64,000 nucleotides of DNA from a virus, in IMG/VR virus record IMGVR_UViG_3300020045_006384, positions 1 to 64,000 of that record, one strand, 5' to 3'. The notes below the pieces were generated by a model. That model did no database searches. It was not told the origin of the DNA and worked only from the letters and a program-made list of their open reading frames with translations. Both the position numbers and the translations under genes were made by a program. This document shows, one piece after another, positions 57,198 through 64,000 of the stretch. Each line of letters opens with the position of its first letter. The stretch's first letter is position 1.

Positions 57198-59156
57198 ATG
57201 GAAGATAAAATTGTAAAAAATATTGAAGGAATTGAAGTTCCTGAAAGTACATGCCGATTAATAGATGGACAATATTATTCAATTGGTGATATATATAAAG
57301 AAAATTCTGGACAAATATATTTAATAAACAAAAGATATATTAGACCTGAAAATTTAGTATTTAATCACACAGTTGGTAAATATACACTTCCAAATGCAAA
57401 TTTAATTGAAGGAATAGTTAGATTTGAAGAAAACACGTTTATATATGGATTATTTGAAAGTAATCCATTATATAATATAAGATTGATTGATAGAAGTAAT
57501 AAATATCATTTATGTTTAAATAAACTTATAATTCCTTTAGATTATAGAGAAGAAAAAGCTACTGGTATATTTTATCATATTTCTATTAAAAAAGTAAAAT
57601 TATTTAATTTAATTAAAGATGTTACTAAAGAATATAAAGAATCTTTTCCTTATGATTCTAGAGGAATTACTAGTAAATTTTCTAAACAATTCCATGCTAA
57701 TTATAAACCTAATATTACTAAAAGTGTAAAAACTTATGCTCCTTTGCTAAAAGATTATACTTTTGGTTTAGAATTTGAAACAGTAAAAGGTATTTTAAGT
57801 GATGATATGTTAAAAGTATTACCTTTAATACCTTTAAGAGATGGTTCTATTAGTGGTTTAGAATATGTCACAATACCTTTATCTGGAGAAATAGGTTTAC
57901 AAGCTTTAATTGATTCTGCTTATCATTTAGAAAGTAAAACAGAATATAATACATCTTGTGCATTACATTATCATGTTGGTAATATACCTAGAACACCTGA
58001 ATTTTTATTAGCTTTTTGGAAAGTAGCTTCATTTTTTCAAGAAGAAATGTTTTCAATGTTTCCTTTATACAAAAAATATAATTTTGGTGTAAAAAGAAAA
58101 AACTATTCAAAACCATTTCCTATTAATAAAATTAATAGTTTATTAGATGCTTCAATTGATGTTAAAAACAAAGATCAAGTTAATAAAAACTTTAATGTAA
58201 TATTTAATTATTTATCAGAAGGTGTGCCATTTAGTGCATTTTCTAATAATTTAGATAATGTTAAAGAACATCCAAGAGATCCTAGTGGTAATCAAAAATG
58301 GAATATTAATACTAGATATTATGCTAATAATTTAATACCTATTATTTTTGGTAATAAACAAACTATTGAATTTAGAATTCATACTCCAACTTATGATATT
58401 GATAAAATTATTAATTTTTTATTAATTAATATTTATATTTTAGATTACACAGTAAATAATACTGAATTAATTTTAAAAAATTTTTCTAATGTTACCAGAT
58501 TAGATAATCTTAGAAATTTTATTGATGAATATCTAAAAAATGAAAAAAGATTAAAAAAAACTGAAAAAAATAATTTATTAAATTATCATATTTCTTATAT
58601 CAATACTAGAATAAGAAGATTGGAAGAATTAAATTCTCAAGGTAAAATTCAAGGTGATGAAGATTTAATATATTGTAATAAAAGTATTAGATGGAATCAT
58701 ATTGATACTAAAGAAAATACTAAAAGTCTTTCTAATTTTAATGATTATAACGATAGTTATAAACCAAATAGAAATGGTAATGGTAGAGAACCAATGCGTT
58801 ATACACCTAAATCTTTTCAATCTGCAGTAGCAAGAGATATTTCAAAATTAGTAATAGATGAAAATTTTTCTAGTCCTAATAATACATCTAGTGTTAAAAA
58901 ATCACTTCATAAACCATTAACTGTAAATAAATCACCAAATACATTTAGTGTAGATGATTCTTTAGAAAGATTTTATTTTTCAGAAAGAAAAATTGAATTA
59001 GATAGAGCTGTAGAAAGATTAAAACAAGAAACACATGAATCACAAGTTAGTTTTAATATTAAATATGGTAATTTTGGAATGGAAACGAAAACAGAAGATC
59101 CATCAATGTTTTTTGATACAGAAATTAATTTAAAATTAAAAGATGACCAGTTATAA
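57198..59156 (+). CDS. Putative amidoligase (COOH-NH2 ligase)
   Basis: FGLEFET, RDGSI.G.EY, CALHYHVG, RY...N, TIEFRIH. Confidence 0.8.
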   Translation: MEDKIVKNIEGIEVPESTCRLIDGQYYSIGDIYKENSGQIYLINKRYIRPENLVFNHTVGKYTLPNANLIEGIVRFEENTFIYGLFESNPLYNIRLIDRSNKYHLCLNKLIIPLDYREEKATGIFYHISIKKVKLFNLIKDVTKEYKESFPYDSRGITSKFSKQFHANYKPNITKSVKTYAPLLKDYTFGLEFETVKGILSDDMLKVLPLIPLRDGSISGLEYVTIPLSGEIGLQALIDSAYHLESKTEYNTSCALHYHVGNIPRTPEFLLAFWKVASFFQEEMFSMFPLYKKYNFGVKRKNYSKPFPINKINSLLDASIDVKNKDQVNKNFNVIFNYLSEGVPFSAFSNNLDNVKEHPRDPSGNQKWNINTRYYANNLIPIIFGNKQTIEFRIHTPTYDIDKIINFLLINIYILDYTVNNTELILKNFSNVTRLDNLRNFIDEYLKNEKRLKKTEKNNLLNYHISYINTRIRRLEELNSQGKIQGDEDLIYCNKSIRWNHIDTKENTKSLSNFNDYNDSYKPNRNGNGREPMRYTPKSFQSAVARDISKLVIDENFSSPNNTSSVKKSLHKPLTVNKSPNTFSVDDSLERFYFSERKIELDRAVERLKQETHESQVSFNIKYGNFGMETKTEDPSMFFDTEINLKLKDDQL

Positions 59157-59811
59157 ACTAGAAATTGATTATTCTTTATTAATGGGTCAATGGTCAAGTT
59201 TACTACCAATTCTACAAACTGAAAGTATGTATAATTTAATGTTATCATTACATGAAAATTATAAAACTAAGAAAGATTATTATCCTGCAAAAAAAGATAT
59301 TTTCAAAGCATTTAAAGATGTTAGATTAAATGATATTAGTGTAGTAATAATTAATTGTCTTCCTAGTTTTAATCATAGAAGTAATGGACTAGCTTTTGCT
59401 AATAAAGATAATTATCATGATGATTTTGATCCTACACTAGTTAATTTATTTAACGGTATAGAAAATCATATATGTGGAGGTCTTAAAATTAACCATGATT
59501 ATACTTTATCACATTGGACATCTCAAGGTGTATTTTTATTAAATACAGCTTTAACAGGTACTAGTAAAAAACCAGATGTAACAGAATGGTCAGAATTTAT
59601 TGATTATTTTATTTCATATTTAAATGATATGTTAGTTCATTCAGGTGTAGTTTTTGTTTTTATAGGTGATAATGGTACACATTATATTAATAAAATTAAT
59701 CAAAGAAAACATAATGTTTTACAATTTCAAACTCTTAATGTCGACGCGTTAGAAGATATTAACCAAGAAATTACAGAACAAAATGGTAGAGAATTTAGAA
59801 TTCAATGGTAA
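59143..59811 (+). CDS. Uracil-DNA glycosylase family protein, catalytically degenerate
   Basis: YYP.K.DIFKAF, NGLAF, W..QGVFLLNTALT, VF.FIG are present; GQDPY is replaced by NCLPS and HPSP is absent. Confidence 0.75.
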   Translation: MTSYKLEIDYSLLMGQWSSLLPILQTESMYNLMLSLHENYKTKKDYYPAKKDIFKAFKDVRLNDISVVIINCLPSFNHRSNGLAFANKDNYHDDFDPTLVNLFNGIENHICGGLKINHDYTLSHWTSQGVFLLNTALTGTSKKPDVTEWSEFIDYFISYLNDMLVHSGVVFVFIGDNGTHYINKINQRKHNVLQFQTLNVDALEDINQEITEQNGREFRIQW

Positions 59812-60238
59812 TGAATATTTATTTATAAATGGGAATGTCCCAAGTCTAAAAAATTCAAAGGTTAAAACTTCAAAAGGTATATTTAGTTCAAAAGCAGTTA
59901 ACAAATACATACGAGCATTAGGTATTCAATCCTATTCTGCTAGTAAAAAAATAGTTAAGTGTTATGTAACTAGAGAAAACGAATTTGAAAAAACTAGAGA
60001 ATTTTTTGAAAAACATTTAACAATAAAACCTTATAAAATTGGTTTTCATTTTGTACGTGGCAGTAAGCATAGATATGATTTCAATAATGCTAATCAACTT
60101 ATTGCAGATTTACTTACTGCCCACGACATTATTGAAGATGATGATACTACAATATTTTTACCATTTCCAATGGAAATTAATGGTGAATATAGTAGTTATT
60201 CTAAAGAAAAACCAGGAGTTTATATAAGAGTTTTATAA
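59783..60238 (+). CDS. RusA-like Holliday junction resolvase
   Basis: NVPSLKNSK, DFNN..Q...DLL....IIEDD. Confidence 0.7.
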   Translation: MVENLEFNGNEYLFINGNVPSLKNSKVKTSKGIFSSKAVNKYIRALGIQSYSASKKIVKCYVTRENEFEKTREFFEKHLTIKPYKIGFHFVRGSKHRYDFNNANQLIADLLTAHDIIEDDDTTIFLPFPMEINGEYSSYSKEKPGVYIRVL

Positions 60239-60248
60239 AAAAATAAAA

Positions 60249-60524
60249 ATGAAAGAAAACATTCTTATAATCGAACAATTAGCAGCTTTGCTTTTTGCTG
60301 ATAAAAATTACAATCAATTCATAAATTACATAGAAACAAATCAAATAAACGCAGCAAGATTACTTGTAGACACTGAAATAGAAAATAATTATTCTAATGA
60401 AGGTCAAGATTTTCACTTTGAAAATACAATAGCTGATAAATTGCAAGATTTATTAATGGATTTGATTATATATGAAATTGATGGAGAAGAAGAAAGTAAG
60501 CAAATTAAATCAAGTACTGGATAA
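60249..60524 (+). CDS. Hypothetical protein
   Basis: 91 aa. Confidence 0.5.
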   Translation: MKENILIIEQLAALLFADKNYNQFINYIETNQINAARLLVDTEIENNYSNEGQDFHFENTIADKLQDLLMDLIIYEIDGEEESKQIKSSTG

Positions 60525-61500
60525 TGATATTAAATTAAAAGATTTATCTTATAGTAAAGTTTCTGATTTTGATAGAAATGGTGCAGTTGCTTTAGTTAGA
60601 ACTAAAACAAATGATACTCAAGCCTTAAAAATTGGATCTTTAGTAGATAATTTAATATTTGAAGATAAAGATTATTTTAATAAACATTATTACGTATTTG
60701 ATGGAGAAAAACCAACAGCTACTCTAGGTTTGTTATGTGATATTATTATAAAAAATTATACAAGTATTCCTAATAAAGAACAAGTTTTACAAATTATTTC
60801 CCATAATAATTTATGGAAAAGACAAAAACCTGATACTTTATTAGCTAATTTTAATATTCCTGAATTTTGGGATTATTTAAAATGTATATTTGAAACATTT
60901 GATAAAATAATTGTAACAACTAAAGAGTTAGAAGATGCTAAAGAATTAGCAGAAATATTAAAAACACATAATTATTCTAAAGATATTATTACTAATGAAG
61001 AATTTGAAAATAAAAATCAATTTTATTTTGAATTTAAACATTTAGGTTTTAATTTTAGAGGAGTAATTGATAAAATTTTAATTGATCACAAAAATAAAAA
61101 AGTAAGATTTATAGATTTAAAAACAGGTACAGATAATGCTTCTGAGTTTGAAAATAGTTTTATTAAATGGAGATATTATTTCCAAGGAGCTATTTATACA
61201 TTAGCATTTAAAGCTATTTGTGAAATGTTAGATTTAAAAGGTTATACTTTACAAGATTTTGAATTTTTATACATATCTAAAAAAGAAAAAATACCTATGT
61301 TATTTAAAATGTCTAAGAACTGGTTGAATGCCAGTATTAAAGGTTTTAATATAGGTAAATATAGATATAAAGGTTTAAATGAACTATGTGAAGAAATTAA
61401 ATGGTGTTTTGATAATAATGAATATAATATACCTAAACAAATTGTTGATAACAATGGTGAAGTATATTTAAAAGATAATTTTATAGAAATAAATGAGTAA
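60481..61500 (+). CDS. PD-(D/E)XK exonuclease (RecE/RecB-like)
   Basis: LSYS.VS.F, GSLVD, RGVID, IDLKT, YYFQGAIY. Confidence 0.8.
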   Translation: MEKKKVSKLNQVLDNDIKLKDLSYSKVSDFDRNGAVALVRTKTNDTQALKIGSLVDNLIFEDKDYFNKHYYVFDGEKPTATLGLLCDIIIKNYTSIPNKEQVLQIISHNNLWKRQKPDTLLANFNIPEFWDYLKCIFETFDKIIVTTKELEDAKELAEILKTHNYSKDIITNEEFENKNQFYFEFKHLGFNFRGVIDKILIDHKNKKVRFIDLKTGTDNASEFENSFIKWRYYFQGAIYTLAFKAICEMLDLKGYTLQDFEFLYISKKEKIPMLFKMSKNWLNASIKGFNIGKYRYKGLNELCEEIKWCFDNNEYNIPKQIVDNNGEVYLKDNFIEINE

Positions 61501-62059
61501 TGTAAGATATAACTCAAGTAAAACTTATTTACTACCACTTATATCTGAAGTTATTGGAATAGAAACTAAATTCATAAATTATTTAGATAATACATATATG
61601 TTTGATGAAAACAATGAATTTCACGAATGTATATTTATTAAACATGAATTTAGTTTTAAAAATCCAGAATTTACAGCATATGAACATAGATTAATTGATA
61701 ATCAATATTTTGTTAAATTAATAGATATTGGTTCAGATGTAGTTTATGTTTTTAAATTTCCAGAAGAATATTTACCAGAATATTATGCTTTACAAAATAG
61801 CAAATATTCAGAATTTGGTGAAGATGCTAAGAAATTAATATTAAAATTCTGGACACAAATGTATGGAAAAATTCCTGCTGGAATAAATCTGATTTTAAAA
61901 ATCAAACAAATCCTTTATAAGGATGAAAAATTAAAAAAACAACTCGAAGAAAAGCTAAAAATAAAATTAGATTTACATTCAGAACTCGGAGAAAAAGTTG
62001 AAGTTAGTAACGAAACTTTAAAGTTAAAAGAGAGTGCAACAAGCACAAATGTTGAATAG
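61493..62059 (+). CDS. Conserved hypothetical protein
   Basis: 188 aa; YLLPLI and SKYSEF motifs. Confidence 0.55.
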   Translation: MSNVRYNSSKTYLLPLISEVIGIETKFINYLDNTYMFDENNEFHECIFIKHEFSFKNPEFTAYEHRLIDNQYFVKLIDIGSDVVYVFKFPEEYLPEYYALQNSKYSEFGEDAKKLILKFWTQMYGKIPAGINLILKIKQILYKDEKLKKQLEEKLKIKLDLHSELGEKVEVSNETLKLKESATSTNVE

Positions 62060-62071
62060 TAAAAATAATAA

Positions 62072-63058
62072 ATGAATTTAAGTTTAGATAAAAAAATTTT
62101 AAGCGATATTACAGTATATTCTAAATATGCTAAACATCTTCCAGAATTGGAAAGAAGAGAGAGTTGGGAAGAATTAGTTGAAAGAAATATGCAAATGCAT
62201 ATAAAAAAACATCCAGATATTAAAACACATATTGAAAATGTTTATAAAAATTTTGTTTTAACTAAAAAAATTTTACCATCAATGCGTAGTTTGCAATTTG
62301 GTGGTAGAGCAATTGAAATGAATAATAGTAGAATTTATAATTGTGCATTTTTACCAATTGATGATATTCGTAGTTTTAGTGAAACTATGTTTTTATTATT
62401 AGGTGGTACTGGTGTAGGTTATAGTATTCAAAATCATCATATTGATAAATTACCTGAAATTAGAAAACCTAATTATCAACGTAAAAAAAAATATGTAGTT
62501 CAAGATTCTATTATAGGTTGGGCAGATGCTGTAAAAGTTTTATTTAAATCTTATATATCTGGTGGTAATCATATTGAATTTGATTTATCAGATATTAGAC
62601 AAAAAGGTGCATTATTAATAACTGCAGGAGGTAAAGCTCCAGGACCAGAACCACTTAGAATTGCTTTAGTTAAAATTGAAGCAATATTAAGAGAAAAAGA
62701 AGATGGTTCAAAATTGACTGATATTGAATGTCATGATATAATGTGTCATATTGCAGATGCAGTTTTAGCTGGTGGAATTAGAAGAGCCGCAATGATTAGT
62801 TTATTTGATTTAGATAGTGATGCTATGCTAAACTGTAAGTCTGGTAATTGGTGGGAAAATAATCCACAACGTGGTAGATCAAACAATTCAGTTGTTTTAT
62901 TACGTCATAAAATTGATAAAAAAACTTTTGATAAAGTTTGGGAAAGAATTGAAGCTTCTGGATCAGGTGAACCAGGTATTTATCTTACAAATGATAGAGA
63001 TTGGGGAACTAACCCCTGCTGCGAAATAGCGTTGCGTCCGTACCAGTTTTGTAACCTT
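62072..63058 (+). CDS. nrdJ: Class II (AdoCbl-dependent) ribonucleotide reductase, exon 1
   Basis: PSMRSLQFGG, YNC, LLLGGTGVG, GGIRRAA, GEPG, TNPCCEI, QFCNL. Confidence 0.9.
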
Positions 63059-63895
63059 TAAGATTCTAGGAGGTTGTAAAAGACAGAGAATTGCTGGGAT
63101 ATCTAAGTAATATAAAATAGAACAAGGGTGTGGGTTTGATTCCCACCTGGCGTCTTTGGCGTCGGTATCATGTAGAAATTCACCTATTTTATATTATATG
63201 ACAATCAGCAGCCGAGCCCTACAAGGGAAGGTTCAGAGACTATCCGTAAGGAGTACACTCAAGTGAGTGGAAGCACTGTCCACTATTTATAGTGATGATA
63301 TAGTCCGAACTGCATAGAAATATGCAGATGGGTAAAATAAATAACATTTTATTAGGAAATGTCATATTAATTTTGTATCTTTGTATTATTACAAAATTCA
63401 AAATATATGTCAGAATTAATTAAAAATAGAGAAGGTAATTTAATATCAAAAACACATAGAGAATGTTCTAATTCAAAATGTAATATAATATTTGAAATAA
63501 CTTCAAAAACTGTAACTTTATGTCCAAAATGTAACTCAGAAAGAGTTAAAAGTTCAAATCCTATAAAAAAGATGCTTGCTAGAGCTAAATCTAGAAGTAA
63601 AACTAAAAATCATGAATTCAATATTGAATTTGAAGATATTATAGTACCAGAATACTGTCCTATTTTAAATATTAAATTAGAATATAATAGTGGAAGAGCT
63701 GGTGGTGAAAGTAATTCACCTTCTTTAGATAGAATTGATAATACAAAAGGATATATTAAAGGAAATGTTATTGTAATTAGTCAATTAGCAAATTGTATGA
63801 AAAGTAGTTCTTCACCTGAAGAATTAAAACAATTTGCAAATTGGATTAATAAAGAATTCCCTGATTAAGTTTAACGAGCTTAATTGAACAAAATG
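63059..63895 (+). mobile_element. Group I intron in nrdJ
   Basis: P1 AACCTT/GAGGTT with U.G; core GAATTGCTGGGA, AATCAGCAG, GTTCAGAGACTA, ATGATATAGTCC; omega-G at 63895; splicing restores FCNL|VEIN. Confidence 0.9.
63407..63868 (+). CDS. Intron-encoded HNH homing endonuclease
   Basis: CPIL...SPSLDRIDNTKGY.KGNV.VIS..AN..K; promoter TATCTTTG at 63376-63383. Confidence 0.85.
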   Translation: MSELIKNREGNLISKTHRECSNSKCNIIFEITSKTVTLCPKCNSERVKSSNPIKKMLARAKSRSKTKNHEFNIEFEDIIVPEYCPILNIKLEYNSGRAGGESNSPSLDRIDNTKGYIKGNVIVISQLANCMKSSSSPEELKQFANWINKEFPD

Positions 63896-64000
63896 GTAGA
63901 AATAAACATGAGTAATGTTGAATCTCAGCAAGATTTAAATGAAAGATCAAGAACTGCTTCTTTTATAGCAACTTTACAAGCTTCATATACAGATTTTCAT
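63896..64000 (+). CDS. nrdJ: Class II RNR, exon 2 (partial)
   Basis: VEINMSNVESQQDLNERSRTASFIATLQASYTDFH continues the RTPR sequence. Confidence 0.9.

Noticed and set aside
21741-61538. Minus-strand or out-of-frame ORFs in the right arm (21741, 32709, 35377, 35685, 40076, 45888, 48005, 48283, 51121, 51581, 51810, 55075, 56870, 58973, 60039, 61242)
   Set aside because: They overlap stronger plus-strand genes and have shadow-like composition; only the LAGLIDADG ORF at 29042 is supported.
62072-63061. Truncated RNR pseudogene
   Set aside because: The TAA is the start of a group I intron; splicing restores the frame.
1-64000. Stop-codon reassignment as in some crAss-like phages
   Set aside because: Long genes (portal, terminase, PolB, MCP) are intact in code 11, TAG and TGA end genes normally, and no suppressor tRNA was seen.

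Overview
An AT-rich 64-kb segment of a crAss-like (Crassvirales-type) phage genome in the standard genetic code. The host is probably Bacteroidota: promoters match TTTG..TAnnTTTG and there are no Shine-Dalgarno sites. Minus strand, 1-21.5 kb: virion and packaging module (tail spike, ring/auxiliary capsid proteins, major capsid, portal, large terminase, GroEL/GroES-like chaperonins, two free-standing endonucleases). Plus strand, 21.7-64 kb: small early/membrane genes, an RNA-rich region, PolB, a NAMPT+Prs pair (NARP1-like NAD+ reconstitution), helicase/primase, a phiEco32-like peptide-ligase cluster, degenerate UDG, nucleases, and a class II RNR split by a group I intron. Best find: a DUF2828/Ro60(TROVE)-like vWA protein gene (25511-27172) followed by six tandem stem-closed RNA units sharing an unpaired AC(A/T)GCAA motif. 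Two units carry circularly permuted tRNA folds (YrlA-like) and others carry isolated anticodon-like loops. A seventh copy of the motif sequesters the protein's own start codon, suggesting an autoregulated Ro/Y-RNA-like RNP system with a tRNA-mimic array. Also found: a tmRNA with a long tag and a T-loop group I intron carrying an antisense LAGLIDADG gene, five aberrant tRNA-like elements, a candidate -1 frameshift in the class II amidotransferase, and a fixed-spacing box upstream of three leftward promoters. All calls come from reading motifs and base-pairing by eye; no searches were run.
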